Shown here: positions 36,858-50,942 of the stretch, in pieces
How positions within the stretch are numbered: position 1 is the stretch's first letter
Layout: every line of letters starts with the position of its first letter
Assembly (NCBI RefSeq): GCF_006345805.1
Contig: NC_043005.1
Coordinates: 57,412,001-57,476,000, forward strand
Source: Octopus sinensis
Taxonomy: Eukaryota
Length of the DNA stretch: 64,000 nucleotides
Reading direction: 5' to 3'
The notes under the pieces: model-generated
Databases searched by the model: none
What the model was told of the DNA's origin: nothing
What the model saw: only the letters and a program-made list of their open reading frames with translations
Made by a program: the position numbers and the translations under genes

Positions 36858-37078
36858 CCCTTTAAGCATTCAGATTACTCTGTCAAATGTAATGCCTATT
36901 TATTCACATTGTTTTGAATTAATCATGCATTATCTCATAGCTTTGAGATTTCTAAGATGTGATTGTTTATTTTTAGAATGACATTGTAGTGTAGGTGTGA
37001 GAGGCAGAATCTGGCTGTCTGTGAACTTAAAACTGGTAGCACATTTTGTCCTGATATGGCTGGTTAAATGTTAAAGGG
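36858..37078. mobile_element. piggyBac-like MITE
   Basis: TTAA-ccctttaagcatt ... aatgttaaaggg-TTAA; two further copies in window. Confidence 0.8.
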
Positions 37079-38169
37079 TTAATTTCTATTGATCAAGAAT
37101 ATTGTTGCCTTACAGGATCAGTGTAGATAAGTTGGTGGGTGGCTAGCAAAAATTATCAATGTGAATTTTGACATGGTTGGAGTTTTTCTGATTAGAAAAA
37201 AAAAAAAACCTTATGGGTCAGGAACATTTAAGCAATTGATTTTTGAACCCAGTGAACCAAATTATATTTGGTAACCAGATGAAGGGCTAAGTAATTGACA
37301 TGTATAGGTAGGGTGGGGGTCTGTAGAATAGACATGTTTAGCTTTTTGTGTGGTGATTCTTGAGTGTTCAGTTAGCTAATACTACTACTACTTCTACTAC
37401 TACTATCCACTTACCATATATTTACTCTGTACTGTCATCACATCTGAAGGGCTACTACCCAAGAGTTACCTAGCCAACTTTAGATAGTCACCATCTGTTT
37501 GTAAATATTTTTGACTTTATCTGCTTACTCATTTTCTTTCACTCCCTTGGAAATTTCTTTATCAATAACCCCCAAAACCAAATAAAAAGCAAAGAAAAAT
37601 ACCCCGAAAAAAAAAAGACAGCCTTACTCCGATAACCTTTTACAACAACACCAAAAAAGATGACGATAAACTGTATGAATTTTATAGAGCAAGAGGAAAA
37701 CCATACATAACCTTGCTTGTGTGTGTCTGTGTGTATATATGCATGTGTATGAAGGAACGTGTGTATGTATGTGCATACGTGTACTGATATATGCATATGT
37801 ATGTACGTGTGTGTATGTCTGTGATTGTATGTGTGTGTATATACTTACTTGGAGTCTTTCCTGAAAACAATTGGACCTTCCATCCATCACTTTCTGTCTC
37901 AAGTTGAACATCTCCTTTTCGTCTAACTTCTTTGCCCCCCCCCCTCTCTGTTTCTTTCTCTCTCTCTCTCTCACACACACTCACTCACTCTTCCTTGAGA
38001 TTAAAGTTTCTGTCTTATCTTCCCTTGATGATGATGTTTACTGTTATACAGTAGATTTAAGTGTTGGTGCTGCATTGGAAGGTGGAATAATGTGGTTTGG
38101 CAGATAATGCCCATGCCAGTGGCTGCACCATTATTATCTCTTGTTTTCATCTGCTTTCCTTGTTATTAT

Positions 38170-39100
38170 TACACATTTCTTGGCAATTTGACAAACCATC
38201 AAATCTTCAGTTGACTGTCAATGACCTGTACAGATGATGTTGACAAAATATTAGTGACATAGCTTGTTGATACATCTGCCGACTGTGTTGATGTAAAACT
38301 AGATTTATAGTTGAATGTCAGCACATCTGATGGCAATTTTGACAAAACATCAAATCTGCAGTTGACTGTCAATGACATACACTGATGGTGTTGACTAAGT
38401 ATTAGCAACATAGCTTGTCAACATATCTGCTGATAGTGCTGACGAGAAACCTGATTTATAATCATCTGTCAGCATATTTGTTGACAATTTTGACAAAATA
38501 TCAAATCTGACAATGTTGGCTGACAATACATTCATTTGCTAATGATGTTGTCTTACAGTTGGCAGTCAACACATTTGCTGACAGTGTTGACATAATACCA
38601 GATCTACAGTTGACCAGATCTACATTCATCTTCTGGCTGTGTTGATGGTTAAAAATCTCTGCTGACATAGCTGATTCAATACAATAAATATCTCTGACTG
38701 GCTGTTGACACAAATACTGACATTGTAAAAACTCATCACATCTGCTGAGAAGTTTTACATCACATATCTACAAAACCTAAGCTTTATATTTAAAATATGC
38801 ATCTGCTGATAAACATAACACAACAGATCTTCAGTTAACACCTCTTCTGAATTTGTTGACCAACAAAACACTAAACACAGTTGAGTCAATTCATCTGCCG
38901 ACAATGTTCATACAATGCTATATTTATAAGATCGCTCAACTTCTTAGCTAAAAGCATTTCCACAACAATCAAATCTACAGATGACGGTTAATTCATCTGT
39001 TGACTACATTGATTTGGCACAAAATGAGTGTCGACTCATTTGCTAAAAACATTGGCATGACACAAAACTAATGTATACAGTTGACAGTATTTATGACATT
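38170..39100. repeat. Degenerate ~50-bp tandem array with ~151-bp higher-order unit
   Basis: Monomers of 51/51/49 nt, e.g. acatctgatggcaattttgacaaaacatcaaatctgcagttgactgtcaat; clearest at 38170-38620. Confidence 0.7.
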
Positions 39101-40317
39101 TAACTAGGTCCTTTATTAATGATGTATCTTGAAGCAATTTTGTCTATAAATAATTTCTGCTTCTCCCCCCCCCCCCCATTCAAAGCGTTTTTAACTCAAT
39201 GCATTATAAGGTGTTATTTACTGCTGATTTTGCTTTGAGACATATCATAAATAAAGACGTTACAAATTTCTTGATGCCTGTGCATTTGCATTCTAAATGT
39301 AATAAACTTTTAATTTCTTCTGTCAAAGCTTCGATCAGTATTTCCTATCAGCACCCACTTACTCTCTATAACTTTATATATAGCACTTAGGCTAGGTGGG
39401 AACTGATTTCTAAATCATGAATTTATTAAAACATTTTTTTTTTTTGAAATTTGCAATGTTTGTTGTTGTTACTGCTACTACTTTTTTTTTTGTTGTTTTT
39501 GAAATTTTCTTTTATATCTTCATGCTACTTTTTGTTTTTTAATTGCTGTACATTTACAATTTCTTTTTTTATTTTTCTCTGTTTTTTTTCCTGAGAAGTT
39601 GATATGTGGTAGTCAGCACCCTGTCCAGTGATGTGATGAGAGTAGTTTCCCATTAGCAAAATTTCTAGGGAAAGCTGAGATAAATGCTGGCCCTATGGGT
39701 CATAATGTTTTGAGATGCAGATTTAACGAATATTACAAGGAAGGTGCCACAGCACACCTCCAATTTCTCAGTGAATTAAGACCACGGCCTGGTTTTAATT
39801 ATTTCTCTCACTCCTTTTTTATTTCTTCTCAAAATGTTATGCATCATAACTAATTAACAACAACCATTATTTAACATCATCATCTAAGGCAAGCTCTTAG
39901 TGAAACCATCACTAATAACGTTGACAAGAGGATACACTCTACACTACAACTTTTTATCCCCTTCTGCCTCTCCTCTAATTCAAAGGCTTTGTGCCTGCCT
40001 TTATAAGAAATAATATTATGATTAATTTTGTAAATTAAATACAAAAGTTTTATTGGAAAAAAAAAACGGAAAAAAAATTTACATGCTGCCATGTTGGTTA
40101 TTTTTTTAATTGTTTTTTGCCCCCACTACAGTTTCGTTTTTTTGCTGTGTGCATGTGTAGCTGTGAATATTTATGCAGGAGTAGCATGTGTTCAAAAGTT
40201 AGTTCTTCCCATATTTTATGTTGTTGTTATTGAGGGCATTGGGCTTTGCGCCTATGTTAGAAATAATAATAATGATAATTATTATTATTATTATCATTAT
40301 TATTATTACTACTTACT

Positions 40318-42575
40318 AAGGCAGTGAGTTGGCAGAATCATTAGCATGCCAGAGAAAATGCTTAGTAGCATTTTTCCCATCTTTATATTCTGAGTTTAAA
40401 TTTTGCCAAAGTTGATTTTACCTTTCATCCTTTTGGAGTCGATAAATTAAGTACCATTTGAGCATTAGGGTCAATGTAGTTGACTTGCCCCTTCTCCAAT
40501 ATCTCAGGCCTTGTGACTACAGTAGAAAATATTGTCATTGAGGGCGGTGGATGAGCAGGTTCCCATAAAGCACCAGAAAAGATTATCAAGTGGAATTTAG
40601 GTTTTTTTTTCCTTTTACTAAACTAAAGCATGATGGGCTGTGTTTGATTTTTTTCTTTTTTTTTAAAGAAAAGGAAATTATCTTCAAACTGGATACTTAG
40701 TTCAAATACTTGGAATAGAGTACATTCTGCTTTGGGCACCCAAGGGCCAGATGGTGGTGGTGTTAATCTAGAAGATGGATTACGTTTACCACACACAATC
40801 AAAGATGGTCCCATCTACCAAATTTCACTCACAGCTTTGGTCAACCTGAGGCTTTGGTACAAGATACCTTTGCTTCAGGTGCCATGCTATGGGGCTGAAC
40901 CCAAAACCACACCCTGCACCTGTTCAGTCCGAGTTCAAATCTTGCCAAGGTTAAATTTGCCCTTTACATTAAATTCTTCCAGGGCCAATGAGCTTAGTAC
41001 CTGTAAAATATCATTATTATTTAGACAGTATCCTAGCAGAACTGTTGGCAGACCGGACAAAATGCTGCTAAGCATTTTGTCCATCTTTACACTCTGAGTT
41101 CAAATTCTACCAAGGTCGACTTTGCCTTTCATCCTTTTAGGGTTGATAAAATAAGTACCAGTGAAGCACCGGGGTTGATGTAATTGATTAGTCCCTTCCC
41201 CCAAAATTTCAGGCCTTGTGCCTATAGTAGAAAGGATTATTATTATTATTAGGGAAATAAGTTGGCAGAATCATTAGCACGCCAGGCAAAATGCTTATCA
41301 GCATTTCGTCTATCTTTATATTCTAAGCTCAAATTCCACTGAGGTCGACTTTGCTTTCCATCCTTTTGGGCTTGATAAAATAAGTCCCAGTTGAACACTG
41401 GAGGAGGGGAGGGGGCAATGTAATTGACTTATCCCCTCCCTTCCATAATTGCTGGCCATTTGTCAAAATTTGAAATCATTACTAGGATGGTAGGTTGGAA
41501 GAATTGATACAGCATTAGACAATATTCGGTTCCTATTCTTTCTGAATTCAAACTCCATTAAGGTCACTTTTTACCTCTCACACTTTGAAAATCAATATAA
41601 ACAAAGTACCAATCTTGTACTGGGGGGTCAGTGTAATCAACTACTTTCCTCTCCACAAATTTCTAGCCTTGTACTTATATTAGAAAATTTGTTATTAGTA
41701 GGGATAATAGATTTGCATAATTGGTTGAACATGAACAAAAAAACCTTTTGATATTTAATGTTTTTATGTTCTAAATTTAAAATCCTGCAGAGGTCAACTT
41801 TGCCATTCATCTTTCAGGGTTGATAAAATAAGGTACTAAGCTAGTACTGAGTCAGTGTAATTGACTAACCATCTCTCCTCAAAACTGCTGGCCTTGCTCC
41901 TAATTAGAAACAATTTTTTTATTGTTATTATCATTATTAAGGCAGCGAGCTGGCAGGATCATTAGCACACCAGGTGAAATGTTTAGCGGTATTTTGTCTG
42001 TTGCTATGTTCTGAGTTCAAATCTTGCCGAGGTCGACTTTGCCTCTCATCCTTTTGGGGTTGATAAAATAAGTACCAGTTGAACACTGGGGTCGATGTAA
42101 TCGACTCATCTCCTCCCCTAAAATTGCTTCCCTTATGGAAAAATTTGAAACCGTTATTATAAGGTGGTGAGCTGGCAGAATTGTTAGCATGCCAGGTGAA
42201 ATGCTTAGTGGTATTTTGTCTGTCAAATTCCACCGAGGTCGACTTTGTCTTTCATCCTTTCAGGGTTGATAAATTAAGTATTAGTCAATTATTGGGGTTA
42301 ATATTATTGACTTCCCTCTCCCCCAAAATTTCTGGCCTTGTGCTTTTAGTAGAAAGGGTTATTATTATTATGAAAAATGTGGTAAGCTGGCAGAATCATT
42401 GACACACTGGATAAAATGCTTTAGCAACATTTCTTCCAGCTTTCTTTATGTTCTGAGCTCAAATTCTGCTGAGGTCAACTTTATCTTTCATCCTTTTGTG
42501 TGGGGTGATAAAATAAAGTGCCAGTATAATAAACTACCACCTCCCCCAAATTGCTGGTCTTGTGCCAGAATTAGA

Positions 42576-42600
<25 letters not shown>
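40318..42600 (+). mobile_element. Cluster of about eight same-strand SINE family B copies
   Basis: Heads near 40318, 41030, 41250, 41490, 41700, 41940, 42160, 42385, mostly preceded by (ATT)n. Confidence 0.82.
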
Positions 42601-42608
<8 letters not shown>

Positions 42609-43087
42609 CATCATAAAAGGGTTTTGATCTGTAACAAAGTAAAGTAAAAAAAAAAAAAAAAAATTGACAACTGAGCAGATGTCATTGATTGTCTGTGGCG
42701 ATTTCTATTCGTGGAAGCTGTTTTATTTTAATTGTCTTTGTCTTTTGGGTTGGATGGTGTGTGTGGGTTGGGGAAGTAAATTTTGTTTGTTTTTTTTTTC
42801 ATTGAGATTTATAAACCACCACCACCTCCAAAAAACACAACTGCTATCTATTATATGCATTCATTTAACTCATTCATTCAGATGTATGAAAGCAATATCA
42901 CTGAGCATGCATGTGTGTATGTGTGTTAACCATGGGCTTGTATGGCTCATCTCACTCATCATCTGCCAGTTGTCACCAATGGTCTCTCGCTGATGCCTTT
43001 TTCCCCCGAACACTTTAACAGGGGGTGAATGTAACTGACCGCAGTTCCATATTAAAGAAATTGGTGTGAGTCTTGTAGATGTCCTAC

Positions 43088-43139
<52 letters not shown>

Positions 43140-43261
43140 TATAAAGATACATGCATAAATACACATGCAAACTCACACGTGCACTCACTTACACATACAC
43201 TCTCATGCACACGATCTTCCACATATTTGTACATGTTTATGCTCTGACATTATATTCCAAC

Positions 43262-43304
<43 letters not shown>

Positions 43305-44034
43305 AAAATACACACACAAACACACACGCATATTGTGGCATGCCTGTATGCTGCAATTTGTATCATCTCACTCAAGCAACAAAACGCATTTCTTATATAT
43401 GCACATGTGCAAAACTTTTGAGTGCGACTATATTAAATGAATGAAGGAAAAAAAAATGAAAAAAATACTCAGTGGAGCTCATGTATATAATAATAAATAT
43501 GTTTAATTTGCTTTCAAATGTCTTCCTTTTAATTGAATATAATGATGGCTTTATTAGTCAAGGTATTGAATCCATATTTCTTTTATGTTTCTTTGATTTT
43601 TTTTTCTTGTTTTTTTTTTCTTCTTTTTTTTCTTCATTTTTCATTTTCCCTCTTCCCATCTTCTCTCAAACAGTCTTGAAATTCAGCTTTTGTTTCTGCT
43701 ATGAAGATGATGATGATGGTAGTTAGGATATTCATAATATATAATACAGAAAAATTCCAGTTTACTTTCCACGTGTTACTTTTTCAGATATATCATATTG
43801 GTTTCAAATTATGGCACAAGACCTTGTAGATATTCAAGTTGGATATCAGCTGCCGTTAATCTCACCAGCTGAAAGTCATGACCTTTGGTATTCATAGCCA
43901 CTGCTTCACCTTCTCTAACTAAATTACTTCCAAAATAAATAAATAAATAAATAAATAAAAAGTACAAGCTACAATAGTCTTTCTGTTTACCAGATTTACA
44001 TGCCTTAGTTTTTCATGAAGGTTAAATGAAATTC

Positions 44035-44385
44035 TTTTATTCTTTGTCATTTGATTGCAGCTATGCTGGAGCACCACCTTGAGGGATTTTACTCAAACAA
44101 AACAACCCCAGTACTTATTTTTTTAAGCCTATTACTTATTCGGTCAGTCTCTTTTGCTGAACTACTTAGTCAATCAGTGATCAATGGTGGGGGACAAGCA
44201 AACAAACACACACACACACACAGTTTCCGTCTACCAAATCCACTCACAAGGCTTTGGTTGGCCCGAGGCTGTAGTAGAAGACACTTGCCCTAGGGGTGCC
44301 ATGCAGTGGGACTGAATCCAGAACCATGTGGTTGAGAAGTTAGTTATTTTGTTTGTTTTTTACCACACAGCCATTCCTGTGCCAC
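44035..44385 (-). mobile_element. SINE family A
   Basis: Reverse complement head/core/tail. Confidence 0.8.
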
Positions 44386-44883
44386 AAATGTGGAAGAATT
44401 TGTGACTTTTCTCTTCCTGAATTTAATTATCACTCTTGACACACAAACTGAAATAGTTAGAAATAACCAGGAATCAAAATTGAATCCTAAATACAAATTA
44501 GTTTGCCTGCCATTGTTTACATTTTAGCATTTGCTACTTTGATCTTGTCGAAAAAAATTTCTATTTCTCCTTCTCCTTCTTCTTGTAGTCTCTATCTATC
44601 TATTCATTCCTTCTCCCCACCTCTCTCGTTTCCTGTTTCTGTCTCTTTCTGACGAGCTTTCTTTCTCAATGTCTATATTTGTTTGTTACTATCTTTCGGC
44701 AATCTCTCTTCCTTCTATACTATCTATATCATTGCATTTTATCTTTCTGCTTTCACCTAAAGTTGTCTAGAGTTTCCTTTTCCTTGGTTTCAACAGGATA
44801 TTTGTGTGTGGTGTTTGTGTATATACATACAAAATATGTTATGCTTCAAGCAAATTACAATATTCATATATATATATATATAT

Positions 44884-44914
<31 letters not shown>

Positions 44915-45174
44915 ATATGTATGTATATATGTATGTATATATGTATGTATGTATATGTATATGTATATATGTATATGTATATATGTATATGTATATGTAT
45001 ATATATTATATATATATATATGTATATGTATATATGTTATATGTATATGTGTATATGTATATATGTATATGTATTATATATATATATATATGTATATATA
45101 TATGTATATATATATGTTTGTATATATGTATATGTATATATGTATATGTATATATATGTATAATATATTGTATG

Positions 45175-45212
<38 letters not shown>

Positions 45213-45256
45213 TATGTATGTATATTATATATATGTATGTTATATTATATGTATGA

Positions 45257-45297
<41 letters not shown>

Positions 45298-45362
45298 TAT
45301 ATGTATATATATATAATGTATGTATAATATATATATGTATATATATATATATGTATGTATAT

Positions 45363-45393
<31 letters not shown>

Positions 45394-45757
45394 TGTATAT
45401 ATGTATGTGTATATGTATGTATATATATATATGTATGTATATATGTATGTGTATATATATATGTATGTATATATGTATGTGTATATATATATATGTATGT
45501 ATATATGTATGTGTATATATATATATGTATGTATATATGTGTATATATGTATATATGTATATATATGTATATATATGTATATATGTGTATATATGTGTAT
45601 ATATGTATATATATATGTGTATATATGTATATATATATGTGTATATATGTATATATATATGTGTATATATGTATATATATATGTGTATATATGTATATAT
45701 ATATGTGTATATATGTGTATATATATGTGTATATATGTATATATATGTATATGTATG

Positions 45758-45797
<40 letters not shown>

Positions 45798-45844
45798 TGT
45801 ATGTATATATATATATATGTATATATATATGTATATATATAATA

Positions 45845-46144
45845 AATATTAGGGAATAAATCCAAATTTACAGGGAAAAAAATCAGATTTAGGATTAAAT
45901 CCAATTTTATAGTAAAATATTATAAAATATTATTAGAGACAAAACCACTATTTTGCAAAACAAACAAGGAAAGACTTAATCAATACATAAAATTTTAATA
46001 AATAGTCAAAAAAACCGCCACTACAATCGTTTCTTGTCTTGATCGACAATCTTCAGGTGGACTTCCATCTAAAAATCAAAATTTTAAAATATTTTCCTTG
46101 TTTGTTTTGCAAAATAGTGGTTTTGTCTCTAATAATATTTTATA
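45845..46144 (-). mobile_element. Penelope-like pLTR-type fragment with hammerhead and 52-bp inverted repeat
   Basis: 45921-45972 is the exact reverse complement of 46093-46144; hammerhead lies between them. Confidence 0.65.
46018..46060 (-). ncRNA. Type I hammerhead ribozyme motif
   Basis: CCAC-CUGAAGA-UUGUC(GAUCAA)GACAA-GAAA-CGAUUGU-A-GUGG: perfect helices I and II, GUA cleavage triplet. Confidence 0.8.
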
Positions 46145-46332
46145 TGTATATATATATATATGTATGTATGTATATATATATATATGTATGTATATATATA
46201 TATATGTATGTATATATATGTATATATATGTATATATATGTATGTGTATATATATGTGTGTATATATATGTATGTATATATATGTATATATATGTATGTA
46301 TATATATGTATATATATGTATGTATATATATG

Positions 46333-46365
<33 letters not shown>

Positions 46366-46370
46366 GTATG

Positions 46371-46403
<33 letters not shown>

Positions 46404-46404
46404 G

Positions 46405-46459
<55 letters not shown>

Positions 46460-46616
46460 GTATATATATGTATGTATATATATGTATATATATGTATATA
46501 TATATATGTATATATATGTATGTATATATATGTATATATATGTATGTATATGTGTATATATATGTATGTATATGTATGTATATATATGTATGTATATGTA
46601 TGTATATATATGCATG

Positions 46617-46661
<45 letters not shown>

Positions 46662-47306
46662 GTGTATATATATGTATATATATATGTGTATATATATGTA
46701 TATATATGTATGTATATGTATGTATATATGTATATGTATGTATATATATGTATATGTGTATGTATATGTGTATGTATATGTGTGTGTATATGTGTATGTA
46801 TATGTGTATGTATATGTGTATATATATGTATATATATATGTGTATATATATGTATATATATATGTGTATATATGTGTATATATGTGTATATATATGTGTA
46901 TATATGTGTATATATATGTGTATATATATATGTATATATATGTGTATATATATATGTGTATATATATGTGTATATATATGTGTGTATATATATGTGTATA
47001 TATATGTGTGTATATATATGTGTATATATATATGTATATATATATATATAAGGGGAGAAAGAATTAACAGATGGGATCGGGAGAATCTCAATATTAGAAA
47101 AAAATTAGTTGAGCTCTAAAAATTTGAACTTACACTCTGAAATCTTTATCAAGGACCAAGTCAGTGGGTTAAAGAGTGGCTATAAAGAGAATCCAAGTGA
47201 GTAGATATGGAGACAATGATGGAAAGAAACAGATAAAACTCCTTGGGTTTGATATACAGAATATATATAGATGGCCCCACTCGTGCTAACGATTGCATTT
47301 TTAGAC

Positions 47307-47675
47307 GCAGGACTGGCTGTATTGTAAGAAGCTTGCTTCCCAGCCTTAGGGTTCCAGGTTCAGTCCCACTGTGTGGTACCTTGGGCAAGTGTCTCCTACT
47401 ATAGCCTCGGACCTAAGTGTAAGTGGCTTTGGTAGATGGAAACTTAAAGAAGCCTGTCGTGTATATATATGTGTGTGTGTGTTTGTTTCACCCGCCATCG
47501 CTTGACAACTGATGTTGGTGTATTTACGTACCTCGTAACTTAGCGGTTGGTTCGGCAAAAGAGACCGATAGAATAAGTACTAGGCTTACAAAGAATAAGT
47601 CCTGGGGTCGATTTGCTCGACTAAAGGCGGTGCTCCAGCATGGCCGCAGTCAAATGACTGAAACAACTAAAAGAA
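47307..47675 (+). mobile_element. SINE family A, CpG-rich copy
   Basis: Complete head to ggcggtgctccagcatggccgcagtcaaatgactgaaac tail. Confidence 0.9.
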
Positions 47676-47802
47676 TATATATAAATATATATGGTCGCAG
47701 CTCTGAGCTGAAACAAGAAATAAAAAAGTATATATAAATATATATATATTTATATTATTAATAGAGCAAACTTACTCTCTGTAATTGTAATCTGAGTAAG
47801 TT

Positions 47803-47842
<40 letters not shown>

Positions 47843-48030
47843 TATATGTATATAATAATAATAATAATATGTGTGCGTTAGCCTTAACTTAAATAGATTC
47901 AAGATGAAAGTCTCTCTTTGAAGGCTGGATTGATTCTAACTTTTTCATGTCTGTTCTTCCAGCATATGCACACATACACATATGCATTGCCTTCAGTAAA
48001 GCGCGCGCGCGTGGTCACACTCACGCAAAC

Positions 48031-48082
<52 letters not shown>

Positions 48083-48174
48083 TTAGTTAGTCCAAACAAG
48101 AAAATACAAAAAATACAACAACGTGAGGACGTGGAACAAATATAGTATTATTGGACGCTCAGGAAAGAAGGAGG

Positions 48175-48209
48175 GTTTAACGTTTCGAGCGGAGCTCTTC
48201 GTCGGAAAC
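48175..48209 (-). ncRNA. Minimal type I hammerhead-like motif, core variant CCGACGA
   Basis: GUUU-CCGACGA-A-GAGC(UCC)GCUC-GAAA-C-GUU-AAAC. Confidence 0.6.
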
Positions 48210-49581
48210 ATAGGAGAAGGAAAGATTCAGAGAAGGGAAGACAGAGGAAAAAAAATCGCCAACGGTACACACGATATATATATAGGTACAACATCGATTT
48301 TTCAGGAACTTTTGATTCCAAAGCCTGTCCGGATAACTGATTTTTTTTTAGTACCAGCGGAGTCATCTTGGTCAACACACTCTAAAATTAAACAAATATT
48401 AATTTTACTGAAGTAATAAAATGAAATACAGGTAACTGCATTACACATTAGTGTAAATTAATTCGGATTATAAGAGATCTCGGACCATCGGTGTCCAGAA
48501 AGTCAGTGTTTTATCTGCATTGTCCACATCTGATGATATATATCTTCACTAAATCAGTGCAATGTTTTGGGTGATAAAAGGATTTTTATATATATTTACA
48601 ATATATGTGTGAATAGTCAAAAGTATATATACATCTTTTTGTAATTATTTAAGTATATAATATCCAAATACACACACACAACGTCACAGTAAAGTATAAT
48701 TCTTAGTTACGTCCACCATCTTGATTATTCTAAGATTTATGGATATTCAATGAAAACTTGGAATAAAAGAAAGCAATGGATAATTTTTTTTTTTTGTTCT
48801 AATGCTTTGTGTTTATTTTTATAAATAATCTTTTTATATTGCGGCCATGCTGGGGCACCACCTTGAAGAGGTTAGTCGAACAAATTAACCCCAATACTTT
48901 AAAGCCTGCTACTTAATCTATCGCTCTTTTTTTTCAAAACCGCCGAGTTACGGAAACGTAAACAAACCAACACCGGATGTCAAGCGGTAGCAACACACAC
49001 ATACATATAGATATATATGAGAGAGAGATAGACGTGTTTCTGTGTTGTATTTGTCCCCTACAACTACTTGATGACCGGTGTTGTTTTGTTCACTTCCACG
49101 TAACTTAGCAGTTCAGCAAAATTGACTTATAGAATAAGAACAAGACTTGCAAAAAAAAAAAAAAAAAAAAGTAATGGGGTTGATTTGTTCGCACGGCTGC
49201 AGCCCAATGACTGAAACAAGCAAAAGATATATCTTATCTCAAACAAGAAAGGAAGTCTTATTTTCGTTTAACAATTGAAACTGCCATTTATTTACACGAA
49301 ATTGCTGAAATGTTCTTGACACTTGAAGTCGTTTTAAGCTTATAAGCTATAAGAGATAGAATATGACATATCTAAGAAGGAATCGTGTGTCCGGTGTGGA
49401 AGTAAAATTTAATCAATAATAGTTTGGAGCTAAAAATAAGTCAAACGAATTACTGCATTGTATTTCAAGCTTCAAATCCACTCAAGTGTTTGGTCGATCC
49501 GAGGCTCAAGCAGAAGAACTTGCCCGAAGTGTCACGCAGTGGGACTGAACCTGGAATCATGAGACAGGGAAGCCAGCTTCT

Positions 49582-50238
49582 TATTTCTTTATTGCCCACA
49601 AGGGGCTAAACATAGAGGGGACAGACAAAGGGATTAAGTCGATTACATCGACTCCAGTGCGTAACTGGTACTTAATTTATTGACCCCGAAAGGATGAAAT
49701 GCAAATTTGAACTCAGAACGTAGTGGCAGACGAAATACTGCTAAGCATTTCGCCCGGCGTGCTAACGATTCTGCCAGCTCGCCGCCTTTTTTTTCTTTTG
49801 TGAGATACGAACTCACGGCCTCTGGATTAGAAGTCCAGCTTCTTACCATAAAGCCACGCCATAGAATATTCCTTTTATAAAAAATTTGCGCTAGGGTAAT
49901 CTGTTTCTTTATTACCCACAAGGGACTAAATATAGAGGGGACAGACAAAGGGATTAAGTCGATTACATCGACTCCAGTGCGTAACTGGTACTTAATTTAT
50001 CGACCCCGAAAGGATGAAAGGCAAAGTCGACCTCGGCGGAATTTGAACTCATAACGTAAAGACAGACGAAATACTGCTAAGCATTTCGCCCGGCGTGCTA
50101 ACGATTCTGCCAGCTCGCTGCCTTTTTTTTTTCTTTTGTGAGATACGAACTCACGGCCTCTGGATTAGAAGTCCAGCTTCTTACCATAAAGCCACGCCGT
50201 AGAATATTCCTTTTATAAAAATTTGAGCTAGGGTAATC
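49582..50238. repeat. Tandem duplication of a minus-strand SINE B plus ~110 bp flank
   Basis: Two ~320-335 bp units; first lacks gtcgacctcggcggaa. Confidence 0.88.
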
Positions 50239-50942
50239 GTCTAAGAATTGCTGTTGGCTATGTTTAAGTTCTCTGCTTTAAATGGTTGTTTCTCGACCTA
50301 ATAAAATTACAGCCAGATTCCCTCGAATCAAATCTTACCATTAAAAAAAAAATAAGAAAACAAAAAAAAAACATTAGGGAATGCAATCTGAAAAAAAAAA
50401 TTTAACAGGTGTTGTCATGTTTGGAGCACCTTTGGTCATAGGACTGTTGGCCAAGATTTATCTACTATAACTTGAAGTGATTTATGAGGAATTTCTACTA
50501 TTTGTACTCTCCTTAGTAGCAGGCGGGTATTGGAATTGTTACGCATAGATCATCTTTGGACACGGGTTTGAGATGGGGCTAAACAACAGCAACTGTGGTT
50601 TATGCCAGCTCTCCCCTCTCCCCAGACCATCGAAGGTTTTTGATTAATGGCGCACAGTTGTTTTCGTTCTTGCTTAACCCTAGGTCTACCATGGTTGAGC
50701 AGGATACTATAAAAATGTTTCAGCTTAGGCCATCCTGTGTTTTATGTGTATCAAGAGCTACATTCTCTGTCTTTTTTTTTTTTTAATGGTAAGATTGGAT
50801 TTGAGGGAAATTGGCTGCTAATTTTACTATGTCGAGCGACGATAACTTAGAGAAGAGAAATCAAACCAAAAGTCCACAATTCTTAGATGGTTACCTCAGT
50901 CCAACTTTTTTTAAATAAAAGAATCAATTTGGAAATATTCTG

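Larger units (their letters stand above)
44860..47050. repeat. ~2.2 kb compound (TA)/(TG)/(TATG) microsatellite interrupted at 45845-46144
   Basis: Direct reading. Confidence 0.97.

Noticed and set aside
44679-47119. Long Y/I/M/C/V-rich ORFs (up to 387 aa)
   Set aside because: Translations of TA/TG microsatellites, open in several frames on both strands
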